A stretch of 63,997 bases of DNA, counting the filler, from Stramenopiles sp. TOSAG23-3 (Eukaryota): assembly GCA_900128585.1 (NCBI GenBank). It is 20 parts of 20 records of this genome, joined end to end, with 100 filler letters (N's around TTAATTAATTAA, not from the genome) between each part and the next. Parts side by side here need not be neighbours in the genome. Positions count along the whole stretch, not along the records: positions 41,850 to 44,959 come from LT644414.1; positions 45,060 to 48,167 come from LT644415.1; positions 48,268 to 51,368 come from LT644416.1; positions 51,469 to 54,565 come from LT644417.1; 16 more parts are not named here. One strand, written 5' to 3'. Under the pieces are notes generated by a model. That model saw only the letters and a program-made list of their open reading frames with translations. It had not been told where the DNA came from and did not search any database. Made by a program: the position numbers and the translations under genes. Shown piece by piece: positions 42,656 through 53,025 of the stretch. The stretch's first letter is position 1. Each line of letters starts with the position of its first letter.

Positions 42656-44542
42656 TTAATATAATACTATTTTGCGATACATGATCTCCTTTGCCTTGCT
42701 TGATACAGCTGACATTGACTCCGAAGACAAAATTTCAAGATAATCGTGAAGGACTTGATCTGAAACCTCTGGGTCTGGATGGAAACGTTTCGGGCGGTGA
42801 CCAGGTAATATGCGAGATTCACCCCCGCTTTCCCTTGAAATCAAATAAACCTTGCATTGCCGGTCTAAACTTACTTCGTACGACACTAGCACAGGGAGTG
42901 AATTGGAAGCGCAGGCTTCAGATGCATCAGGATACTCAATCGGTGGCCCTGACGTCACGATCCCTTCGACCGTGTCCAAGACACGATTAAACACCCCGGA
43001 ATAGTCACTGTTGCACAAATATCCCATGTGCTCTTGCAAATAGAATTGGAAAGATTCCGGTTTAAAACGCTGCTGGCTCGTGGGGATGTCGTACTCCGAA
43101 CGAACAGGTTCGGCGAATGTGTGCAGTTCAATGGAATTGTGAATGAAAGCGTTGCCTCGGGAAACGTCCATGGTTACCCAAACTTGCAGGGAAAATGTGT
43201 GAAAGTATTGTTCTCCGTTTCTGACCAACGGTATCAGACAATGGCTTCCTAATTCCGACAACCCCGCGAATTGCTTTCTCTTCGCGGGCAACAACGCATT
43301 TCTCAAGTATTGGACGACATCTCGCTTCACCCGCTTTGGCACCATCACAGTTTTTGAGACATCGTCAATCAAAAAGTGATACGCTATCTCGTTCTCAAAG
43401 AGAACAGCGGCTTCCGTAGCCTTCCCTTCATCTTTCAATCTAATGAAGCTGTCGATGGACTTCACGGGCACTATGCCATGGTACTGCTCTTTTTCTGGGC
43501 CCAGGTCCTCGACAGACTTTCCTTCCTCCATGCAAATGTGAAAATGGTCCAGTAAGCATAATTCTAGGCAATACGCTCGAGCAGCAGTTTCATTGTAATC
43601 CTCCTTTCTAACGAGAACCGATGTCGTGGTGGTGAACGCCACGGTGCGCCTTACTTCTTGGGGATATATCATCTTCATTATTTGTACGTTCTTCAGCTCA
43701 CGCCCAGCCTCCTTTGTTGTCGTCGAAGGGGAAAAGTACGCTAGCATCGATGCTGGCACTAGTGATGACAAGACTGCAGATAGTTCCACGTGCTGGAGGT
43801 GCCCATACTCCCCGAATGGATTATGGGTCGCGACAAGTTTCCACGGTTTCTCTGCCAACTCTTTGTACAGTTTTGCCCGTATCTCTAACGCCTCAGTGCT
43901 TCCCCTCTGGAACGGGACACACGTGGTACAATCGCGGTAATCCCAAACTCCATAACTGCCCAAATTTAAAAGCCGCATCCCGCGAGCAAACTGGATATGG
44001 CGCGATGTGCCATACCCTGTAATAGAAACAACCTTCCAACAAGACGGTTCCATATTTACCAAGTTTCCAAACAGGATCTCGTCATCCGGATGAGCCACAA
44101 ACATGACTTTCTCTGGTGTTTTGCACTTGGGTTTCAAATCATTAGACTCTGGAACGCGCACGATAGATACATATAGAGATTCGTGACGGGTAATGTTTGC
44201 TGTTGGCAATAAACTGCTGAGGTGTTTTGGGTGAAACCATTCTGTCAACAGAAACCCTAGACCGAAAAGGTGGTGCTCAAGGTGAACAAGGTTTGAAGAG
44301 GGTACGCCGGAAAGACCGACAAGCTGTACAAGCGACTTTGTTCCTGCTTCTTTGCTTATCATGTTATTCAGTTCAAACAATTTAGATACATGGAGTGCGT
44401 TTATATAGTTATCATGAGACATGCGACGGTAACGAAATATTTTTTCAAACCCATCGGAACCCGGCTCTACCCCCAAGGTTGTTGAAAGGACGACCCCCCA
44501 GACAAGTAGGATCGTAACAAATAACCTGGCAACCTGCGGCAT
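42656..44542 (-). CDS. Signal-peptide protein with PIG-L/LmbE-family deacetylase domain and degenerate TTL/ATP-grasp-like C-terminal domain
   Basis: MFVAHPDDEILFG and THNPFGEYGHLQH metal-site motifs. C-terminal VVQYLRNALLP...FSLQVWV...SYEVSLDRQCKVYLI. Confidence 0.7.
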   Translation of the reverse strand: MPQVARLFVTILLVWGVVLSTTLGVEPGSDGFEKIFRYRRMSHDNYINALHVSKLFELNNMISKEAGTKSLVQLVGLSGVPSSNLVHLEHHLFGLGFLLTEWFHPKHLSSLLPTANITRHESLYVSIVRVPESNDLKPKCKTPEKVMFVAHPDDEILFGNLVNMEPSCWKVVSITGYGTSRHIQFARGMRLLNLGSYGVWDYRDCTTCVPFQRGSTEALEIRAKLYKELAEKPWKLVATHNPFGEYGHLQHVELSAVLSSLVPASMLAYFSPSTTTKEAGRELKNVQIMKMIYPQEVRRTVAFTTTTSVLVRKEDYNETAARAYCLELCLLDHFHICMEEGKSVEDLGPEKEQYHGIVPVKSIDSFIRLKDEGKATEAAVLFENEIAYHFLIDDVSKTVMVPKRVKRDVVQYLRNALLPAKRKQFAGLSELGSHCLIPLVRNGEQYFHTFSLQVWVTMDVSRGNAFIHNSIELHTFAEPVRSEYDIPTSQQRFKPESFQFYLQEHMGYLCNSDYSGVFNRVLDTVEGIVTSGPPIEYPDASEACASNSLPVLVSYEVSLDRQCKVYLISRESGGESRILPGHRPKRFHPDPEVSDQVLHDYLEILSSESMSAVSSKAKEIMYRKIVLY

Positions 44543-45061
44543 AATTCGTATGACTACTTTCTTGTAAGTTTCACTCGCGCATCATATAATAAGCCATCAT
44601 GGTCCTATAGCAGTTTAGCAAATATTGTGTCGTCATGGAACCCTTCCGCTTTGCTTGATTTCCAGCACACCATTACCCGAAGTGAAAGAACACCCATACA
44701 TACATCGCTTCGACTGAACCCGTCAGAGATATATTATATATAAAACGCAGAGGGGAGAAGAAGAAAAGAAGAAAAAGAGAGAGAGAGAGAGAGAAGAAGA
44801 AGAAAGAAGATGATTTTGTTTACACCTACTACCATACTACGGTAAAACTCAACAACTATTATATTAAAATACTACTTTTTGTGTGTGTGTGGTGTTGTGT
44901 ATTGTGTGTGCTGTAATATAAGACAGCCCTAATTAATGGAGGGTTTTCTTTCCTTGTAANNNNNNNNNNNNNNNNNNNNNNNNNNNNNNNNNNNNNNNNN
45001 NNNTTAATTAATTAANNNNNNNNNNNNNNNNNNNNNNNNNNNNNNNNNNNNNNNNNNNNGG

Positions 45062-45550
45062 CTCGAGATTGTCCAGTACAATGCCTGCTGGCGCTGGCAC
45101 CAGGACGCTTACGTCGGCAGGGCAATTGTCAGCTACGTTGGGCCCGGAACGTACACTGCCGAGGATCAGGCCGTACGGTGGGACCGATTGCATGAGGAGA
45201 CAAATGAGAGCAGCGTACCTCACGAGAGTGTTAAGCAAATGGAAACGAATTCGGTGCTGCTAATGAAAGGAGACTCGTGGCCAAATATATGCGGGAAGGG
45301 CCTGGTCCATAAGTCGCCAGCAGTTCACGGAAAGAACCCTCGAAAGCGTCTGATTCTGAAAGTTGATCTGAACACCTTCCAGCCTCAATTAGACTTCGAG
45401 GATGGCAGCGACGAGGACGGTGAGGAAGAAGAGGACTACGACGAAGATCAGACTTTCATCCATGGAGATGAGAACAAAATGGCACTGAAGCGGTTGGCAT
45501 CATCCGAAGGGTTCAAAACAGCAAAGGCGTGGAAAGTGCGGCGCCGGTAA
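45062..45550 (+). CDS. 5'-partial DUF1826-like protein (putative 2OG-Fe(II) oxygenase fold)
   Basis: In-frame upstream of ORF 45188: CWRWHQDAYVGRAIVSYVGPGT, then VLLMKGDSW, GLVHKSP and RLILKVD. Confidence 0.75.
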   Translation, partial: LEIVQYNACWRWHQDAYVGRAIVSYVGPGTYTAEDQAVRWDRLHEETNESSVPHESVKQMETNSVLLMKGDSWPNICGKGLVHKSPAVHGKNPRKRLILKVDLNTFQPQLDFEDGSDEDGEEEEDYDEDQTFIHGDENKMALKRLASSEGFKTAKAWKVRRR

Positions 45551-45720
45551 AGTGCCAAACAATCGAAAGTAAGCGAAGCATGTGTGGCATGGATAATAGA
45601 GTTTTATAATATTATTTTTATTACTTTAACGTCGCTTCATCCGTAATAAACTTATATATTTTATCCAAAATATAGTCGCAATATTTATTATTTCATGATG
45701 TCTTTTTTTTTCTTCTTCTT

Positions 45721-45991
45721 AAAACAAGAAAATTGGCTGTTATTTAAGTAATTAAATTTAGCTTCGTCGTACCCTAATCCTAACTTGGTTCTATAATTTC
45801 GTCTCATTGATGATTGTCAATCTTCTTCTTTTCTTCTTTTCTTCTTCTCTTTCTTCTCTTTCTTCTTCTTTTTTCTTATAAAAAACAACAAAATAATGTG
45901 TTATTATTAAAAACAAGAAAATTGGATGGCTGTTATTTAAGTAATTAAAATTTTTAAAAAATATGATAAAATTAATGTACTGCGAACTGAA
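45721..45991 (+). repeat. Two copies of the dispersed 3'-intergenic element between convergent genes
   Basis: 45721-45764 aaaacaagaaaattggctgttatttaagtaattaaatttagctt, followed by accctaatcctaa. 45910-45991 is a full copy ending aattaatgtactgcgaactgaa. Confidence 0.85.
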
Positions 45992-46024
45992 TCGAGATTT
46001 ACTCGTTACAGACACACCAATTGT

Positions 46025-47995
46025 TTAGTTCAACTTAGAAAAATCCTCACAAACTGGGTCTGGCAACCACAACTCATGGAAGACATGAAAGAATACATAA
46101 ATCATGGGAAGAAACCCCGTCAAAAACATTGCTGAACCAAGTCGTTTGTCTTCGTTTTCCGTTGGTGAGCTCCTAAATTGCTGTATTAAGAATGAACCAA
46201 CAGCTGTAACGAAATATGTCAGGAGAAGATAAACAACACCTGGTCGAATTTGTATATCAAGTATCGCTTTTGGATATACATCTCTTTGTTCTATATGGTT
46301 TGCACATTTGTTAATCAAACTAAGCAAATCGGTTTGCGATTTCACAGCTGCATTATCCTTCGTATTATCATTATACTTCAACGATGTGGCAAATGCACTC
46401 TTCCGCAGTAAGCTGGCGTGCGATAATTGTTTATTGCCGATTTTAACGATAAGATTAATAATGCTTACAGCCCAAACTAAAAACACCACCGCTATTCCGG
46501 AATAGGAAGCTGCATTCTGGTGATTTTCCGCCAAGGTTTGCAAAGGACTTTTACCATCAATTATGGAGACAATTAAAATCCGTATAGAGATATACGTGAC
46601 AAAGTATAGTCCCCCAGATAAGATGATGCTCAATGATACGCTCACCGATTGGTAGTCCGGTTCCGTACTTTCAAGCATTAACTGCCGCACATGCATCCAT
46701 TTTTTCAAACTTGTTGGATTGTTTAGCGTAGAGTCTAGATCGGTCAACATTTTTGTATCATTGACATTGGTTATGAATGTGGAAAGGGAGCAGATTTCTT
46801 TGTGTACTTTCCTGTAGACAATAGATATTTTCCGATAAACTGTTTCATACAGAAAAATACCAACTGCCATGTTTCCAATTACACCAACTACCAAATGGAA
46901 GGCGTCAGAGGTTTCGTTCAAGGTTGGATCAGAATTTAAAACATAGTCAACAATATAACCGGAGCTTCCAGCCAGACCAGCCAAACAACCTAAGCCACAT
47001 GGTTGCCAAGCAGATAATAATGTTTCCCTAACATTGCTTGGGTTTCGTTTTATCAACAACTCCTTTGCACGATCCATTCTGCTGTCGCCTTGACGGTCTT
47101 TAAATGGGAATTTACTATATACATACTCAATATATTCTTTTCGGGAACGCAAAATGTCAGCTTTCTTGATATGGATAATTCCCAAGCAAACCGCCGAAAA
47201 AACAGCTAAAATACATATAGCTCCTCCAGTTATTTCTGATCGCATTTGGCATATATAGCGAGGTGGATTTGTAGCGTTGTTTTGCATGGCCTGCAAAAAC
47301 TTTTGCTCTTCTGCGCTTGGAATTGCACCTCTGTTCAAATAAGATGCGTTTCTCAAATAGCGATATTTGGATGAAGGACAATTTTCCATACAGCGTTCTG
47401 TCAAACTGACCCATCTGATATTTACAATCATCCCTAAATTGCACCCAGTTGACAGCATTAAAATGATTCGTTGTATCATCGCACAAATATACGCAAACAA
47501 AAGAAGACCGTAACCCTTAAAAGTGATTAATTCAGGGGGCGCAATAGGACATTTCCCGTGCTTTTCACTTTCATCGGGGGCATTGCTGTCTATTGGTACT
47601 GAGACGGAATTAACGCGGCTTAACTCGTTCGCAATTTGCGTGGATTGCTCTTTCTTCAGATAATACATTGTGGCAAGGTATAGTAGCATGGGAAAAAACA
47701 AAAACAAAATACCTGCCTCAGTGAAACACTCGACAACAGCAAGACTGTACAATGCGACAAACGCAATGTGAATATATATATTTCCACGCGGATAGAAGAA
47801 TACCTGTGGATTCTTTACGCTTGGTTTTGTAGACATTGGTGTTTTTGCTCCGTGCTTCGTTGTCAACTTGATAAACTCAATCGCCGCTTTATGGGATTTC
47901 CTGTGCATATGATTATCTTTGCGACCAATTTTGGGGGTGTTCAGTGGGTTCTCCTTCGCCCCTTCCCACCACCCTTTACCTTCCCCCGCTTCCAT
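46025..47995 (-). CDS. 656-aa multi-pass membrane protein of unknown function
   Basis: Complete ORF with about 10 hydrophobic segments; lower GC than most CDS in the window. Confidence 0.75.
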   Translation of the reverse strand: MEAGEGKGWWEGAKENPLNTPKIGRKDNHMHRKSHKAAIEFIKLTTKHGAKTPMSTKPSVKNPQVFFYPRGNIYIHIAFVALYSLAVVECFTEAGILFLFFPMLLYLATMYYLKKEQSTQIANELSRVNSVSVPIDSNAPDESEKHGKCPIAPPELITFKGYGLLLFAYICAMIQRIILMLSTGCNLGMIVNIRWVSLTERCMENCPSSKYRYLRNASYLNRGAIPSAEEQKFLQAMQNNATNPPRYICQMRSEITGGAICILAVFSAVCLGIIHIKKADILRSRKEYIEYVYSKFPFKDRQGDSRMDRAKELLIKRNPSNVRETLLSAWQPCGLGCLAGLAGSSGYIVDYVLNSDPTLNETSDAFHLVVGVIGNMAVGIFLYETVYRKISIVYRKVHKEICSLSTFITNVNDTKMLTDLDSTLNNPTSLKKWMHVRQLMLESTEPDYQSVSVSLSIILSGGLYFVTYISIRILIVSIIDGKSPLQTLAENHQNAASYSGIAVVFLVWAVSIINLIVKIGNKQLSHASLLRKSAFATSLKYNDNTKDNAAVKSQTDLLSLINKCANHIEQRDVYPKAILDIQIRPGVVYLLLTYFVTAVGSFLIQQFRSSPTENEDKRLGSAMFLTGFLPMIYVFFHVFHELWLPDPVCEDFSKLN

Positions 47996-48294
47996 TCTAT
48001 CCGATTGGACGCTCGTTATTGCTGTTCGTATATATAATGAATTCGTGTAATTAATACTACAATTTCACAAATTCAAAAAATGCTGTGTATAAACTCAAAC
48101 GTCTTTTCTGTCGCCCTTTCTTTCATTCCAGAAGAAATAGAAATTTTTTAATCATAATAATTAATATNNNNNNNNNNNNNNNNNNNNNNNNNNNNNNNNN
48201 NNNNNNNNNNNTTAATTAATTAANNNNNNNNNNNNNNNNNNNNNNNNNNNNNNNNNNNNNNNNNNNNAAGGAATGTAAACCTCGAATGTCTAAA

Positions 48295-48360
48295 TTTAGA
48301 GTTCAGTTCGCAGTACATTAATTTTAATTACTTAAATAACAGCCAAAATTTTCTTGTTTT
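48295..48360 (-). repeat. Full-length copy of the dispersed 3'-intergenic element
   Basis: Reverse complement: aaaacaagaaaattttggctgttatttaagtaattaaaattaatgtactgcgaactgaactctaaa. Confidence 0.85.
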
Positions 48361-48470
48361 TATTTTGTTTAAAAGTAAATGGAAAAATAAAATACACACA
48401 CACAGGAACGAGCCAAAAATAGAAAACCAAAAAACAAAGAGGATAAAGAAATTTTAAAGAACAGGTCTTC

Positions 48471-50494
48471 TTAAAAATGAACAATCGTTTTCCCCCTTGA
48501 GATTTTGACGACACCCGACCTGGACTGCCGTTGAACGCTATGGCCCAAATCGTTCTGAACATGCTTTTGAAGCAAATCTTTTTCTTCTTTGAAATCGACC
48601 AGGGCACTTTTCAGTGCCCCTCGGTCCAAGTACTGCATTTCTGCAAAGGTCTTGGCTTTTGCACAACACTTCGTTTTCGTCCCGTAAAGCATTGCGACCT
48701 CCCCAAAGTAACTCCCGGGTCCCAGGCTAGCGTATAGCTCTAGTTGCAAACCTGACTCCCCAAACTCTCCTTCCGAATGGCGCTCGTCACCCTCCTCGTT
48801 CGCTTTGGCCTCGTCTGGGTTTCGCCGTTGTTTCCCGCCCTCCTCCGCCTTCGGAACGAACAGAGCCACTTCCCCAAAACTCAAAAAGAACATTTTCAGC
48901 AGCGTATCTCCCACGTGGTAAATGGTGTCACCGGGAGACGCAAGTTCGACCCGTAGGTCCATGGCCACGCGAGCAATGAAGGCGGCCTCACAGTCTTGGA
49001 ACAGCGGACACCTGGTTATTACCGGTGCGTGGGCAAGCAATGCCAGCTCCGTTCGCAGCGATCGGCTCAGCAGAATCTCGCTAGGCTCCCCGCTGAGGAG
49101 GGCATTGGTGTCTCGGCCTCTGTAGCGGTCCCATGCAAACTTGTTATACTCTATGACCCTTCGCTTGAGCAGGTCCGGGACATGCATCTTGTGCAGCCTC
49201 TGCATCAACACGTGCTGGGCCTGGTTGTAGTGCGACGACTCCTCGCTCATTTGCTGGACGAGCAGCGTGATGTTACCGACCAAGGTTGCAAATATGACTG
49301 CACCGATGAACAGCATGAGGCCCGCGAATACAACTTCCATTTCAAGCAACGGGTTTATATTCTCTCCAAGCATAAGCATCAGGCCAGCGTACATGGAAAA
49401 GAAGTACTTTCGCCTGGCACTGTCGGACCATGCGACCCCTTGCTGAGCGTACCAGCTGTCGTGGCTTTCTTGGAGAAGGTGAAACCCGACCCAACCATAC
49501 CACAAGCACGCGGTAAAGTGGACGGCCAAGAAAAAGTAGACCATCAAGCGCACCACCGTCCAGATCGAGAGTTGGCTTTTCACGTTGTAAAACCACCGGG
49601 CCATGCGAAAGGTTCTCAAAGGCTTCAAAAACACCACGAACCTTGTGTTGGTCGTCCCGAACGTGACCAGAAACGTTACCAGCGCGACGGGGATGCTTCC
49701 GATGATGTCAAAGGGCAAGTAGGACTGGGAGTAGTGCTTGAAAATCTGGGCTGGGCTTGTAACCATTTGATGGAACTCGTTGTAGAACCCTGGAATGATT
49801 AGAATGTTAGTATTGAAAAAAGCGAGTGTGCGTGAAGAAGATGAATTTACTTACCAATGCGAAATTGGAGGAGGACGTCCAGGATGAAGATTACCTCGCA
49901 CATCATCTCTGCGAGCGGCCACCACCAGTAGAGGGTTTGGGGAAAAAAGGCCCACTCCATCATGCCCACGCCCATGATGAACATGGTCAAGTACCCTAAG
50001 AAATGGTCCCAATAGACAACGAAAAGAGAGTCCGGCAACAGAATAACCGAAAACCATCTAATACCGTTCGACTGCGCCTCGGTCCGGTAGACCGAGTAGT
50101 GTTCCAATCTTATGGCGGCTGCCACCTTTTCCTCCATGAGCTTTCTCTTTAATTTCTCCTGCTCGGACTCGTGTTTCCGAGCATGAAACCCCGAGCGTTG
50201 CAAGCGGCCCCTCACAATAGCCTGTATTTTCCTCGCGCTCGTGTCTAATTTGGTAAGCGTTGGCCTTTTCTTTCTCGCTGGCTTGACCAAGTACTTTGCC
50301 GCGGAACTGTTCGATACTGCAGCCTCTGCCTCCTTCAACACATCGTACTCATTTTTACCAGAGGACTCGTCGCCCGTAACGGGAACCGTTCCAATGGAAG
50401 CAGGCCCACCCTCCACACGGTTGAACCCATCATCATTCGCCGCTTTTTTGAACACTGGCGACAGTGTATTTTGCCTCCTCAAGAATTTCGGCAT
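48471..50494 (-). CDS. Two-exon cyclic-nucleotide-binding-domain cation channel (EAG/HCN/CNG superfamily, 652 aa) with N-terminal IQ motif; exons 50494-49855 and 49789-48471
   Basis: Intron 49790-49854 (GTAAGT...TACTAAC...CAG) restores FRIGFYNEFHQMVTSP. S4 is LKPLRTFRMAR, followed by HFTACLW, C-linker and CNBD GSYFGEVAML. IQ motif is KIQAIVRGRLQR. Confidence 0.9.
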
Positions 50495-51132
50495 AATAAT
50501 TCTATTATTCGTTTCAACCCAACAGACAACAATTATATATATTTACACACACACAAACACACACACATACATACAAACACACATACACACTCAAAATATT
50601 CAAAATATTCTCCCATTGCTTCTTGACTTTACTTTTCTTTCCTTCTTCCATTGTTGTACGTCATAAACATTTCATTCTATAAATATAAATGAATTGTTGA
50701 ATTTTGTTACCGTTATTTATTTTAATTTCTTCTTCTTCTTTTTTTTCGTCGTCTTCTCATAATTTGTTTAAAAAATTAGTATTTTCAATGCTATCTTTAT
50801 ATTAAATAATTAATTTCAAAATTTAAAGAAGAAGCAAAAGAAGAAGAGAGAAGATAGAAGAGAAGAGGAGGACGAAGAGAGATGATTGACCATTTATTTA
50901 TTTTATTATTATTATTTATTACAACATTAAAAAAACGTAATAACAAACAATATTTTGATGATTGAAAAGAAGAAAAGGAGTTATATACAAGAAAACGTTT
51001 CTTCCTTGATTTTGAATTATTTTGTTTGATATTGATGGCGTACATTGGTCTTTCTATTACGTATTCAATATATGTAAATATATGTTATAATTTGAGCGGC
51101 GGATTTTTCTGGTATTTTTGTGCGTAGTGAGT

Positions 51133-51368
51133 ATGGTGAATGGGACGAAACGTAGTCGGGGGGTTCCCATTTTTTTGTGCACCACCACCCCTCTTCTTCT
51201 TTTTCTTACCGTGCTCGTGCAGCGCCTCGTCGGGGTCTGGCCGACGAGCAATGCGTTGGCTATTTTTAGTTATGCCGGCCAGGAACACCGAAAAACGTTT
51301 CTTGCGCCGATCCGAGTGTTTGAGTTTGAAAAATTGGAAAAGAAGCGCATAAAGATCGAGCAGCAGTA
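51133..51368 (+). CDS. 3'-truncated start of an unknown protein with an N-terminal hydrophobic segment
   Basis: ATG at 51133, GC rises, frame open to the linker. Confidence 0.4.
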
Positions 51369-51470
51369 NNNNNNNNNNNNNNNNNNNNNNNNNNNNNNNN
51401 NNNNNNNNNNNNTTAATTAATTAANNNNNNNNNNNNNNNNNNNNNNNNNNNNNNNNNNNNNNNNNNNNGG

Positions 51471-52730
51471 GGGGGGGGGGCAGTTCGCACCGAGGGGAAG
51501 GTTGACGATCCCACGTACGTCTATATGACGCGAATAAATGCCACTGAAAACAAACAATTGGATAACGGCGAATACACTGGTGGTGCAGGAATGTTTATTG
51601 CAGGAACCTCCAACGCCGAAATTCGCGAATCGACTTTTGTGAACAACAATGCATCGTACAATCGTGGACACCAGATAATGACCTCGTCGAACCCTGAAAT
51701 AAAAATAATCAACACCAAGTTTTCCTCTACCGATAAAGGCAGCGAGTTCATGGGCTGCTCTGCCTCTGGGAGCAGCGTGGCCAAATATGCAAAAACAAAA
51801 GGTTGCAGTCCATATATGTGCGTGACCGCACCTTTTACAGGGACCTGCACCGATCGAAAGACGAATCCTAGCTACGGCGTCTTGTGCCAATACTCGGAGT
51901 CGAAGATGTGTCCTTCTGGGTACTATTCCAGTGGTGTAACAGACGAAACATTGCCACCGCCATTTTATAGAAGCGATTTCAGTTGTAAAGTTTGCAACCG
52001 AAGTATTTTTCTTGAGGCAGAAGATCAACGAAACACATATCCCATGAAATGCATCAAGCATTGGATTTCGTTGGCACATCCTGTTCCGAACAAAACTTCG
52101 ACGATAAAAAATAACGCATACACGACACTGTCTAGCAAAGCGTCCGAATTGGCTGCGGTTACTGGCCTGTTGATCACCCTGCTGGTGTTGATAATCATGT
52201 TGCTGGTGGAGTTTTTATACAGACGCAAGGTCCACTTACATCTTAAAAAGTGTGGCAGCGAACAAAACAAAATTGAGCTTCAACGGGCAAAGGAGACTGC
52301 TAAAGTATGCGCCAGCACTTGTTCGAGGCACGCCAATAGATTGGCAGAATACGTAAAAAGATGCGCAGAACACAGCTTTCGTAAGTGCAAGGATCTATCC
52401 CAACGTGACGATGTTCAGAAATGCGTTCGGAAAATTTCAGAAGCAGTTCTAATCGCAATTGAAAAGATAAAAGAAGTTGCCACAAAATGCCATGATCGAT
52501 ACGTCAGAGCATCCGAGCAAAATATTGATCGAGGAGACTTAGAAATGGCAAAAGTGGGCAAGAAATTCGTCGACGATAACGAGGATCAACTGGAAGAAAA
52601 ATCAGAAGACGATGCAAGCTCAAGTGTATACGAAGAAGATGATTCTGAGAGTGAAGATGAAGACGCTCCCAAACAGGAGGGAGCCCCTCCTCCTCCGCAT
52701 ACCAGTTTTTTGTTGCCAAACATGATTTAG
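51471..52730 (+). CDS. 5'-partial type I membrane protein: beta-helix (GGA...FxxN) repeats, Cys-rich region, TM and acidic tail
   Basis: GGAV, GGAGMFI and STFVNNNAS motifs; several Cys; TM LAAVTGLLITLLVLIIMLLVEFLY. Confidence 0.7.
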   Translation, partial: GGGAVRTEGKVDDPTYVYMTRINATENKQLDNGEYTGGAGMFIAGTSNAEIRESTFVNNNASYNRGHQIMTSSNPEIKIINTKFSSTDKGSEFMGCSASGSSVAKYAKTKGCSPYMCVTAPFTGTCTDRKTNPSYGVLCQYSESKMCPSGYYSSGVTDETLPPPFYRSDFSCKVCNRSIFLEAEDQRNTYPMKCIKHWISLAHPVPNKTSTIKNNAYTTLSSKASELAAVTGLLITLLVLIIMLLVEFLYRRKVHLHLKKCGSEQNKIELQRAKETAKVCASTCSRHANRLAEYVKRCAEHSFRKCKDLSQRDDVQKCVRKISEAVLIAIEKIKEVATKCHDRYVRASEQNIDRGDLEMAKVGKKFVDDNEDQLEEKSEDDASSSVYEEDDSESEDEDAPKQEGAPPPPHTSFLLPNMI

Positions 52731-53025
52731 ACACACAGGATTTGGCAAAAGAGATTTGTCGAATTTAATCTTTAACACTTCAACTTAGAAACATTATTAA
52801 ACCATTTATCTCTTACGATCTTTTTATAATACTTTGTACATTTAAAAAAAATTATATGATTACCTTAAGTAACAGCCATTATTTTGTTTTTAATTTACCG
52901 TGGTGCGCAACAATCATCCTCTCTACCACTATAACTTGATATTTTACTCTCTTATATTGATAGTGCGGATTGTGAACACATACACATGTAAGCAAAAATT
53001 AATTGTTTTAATTGACTCTTCATTT

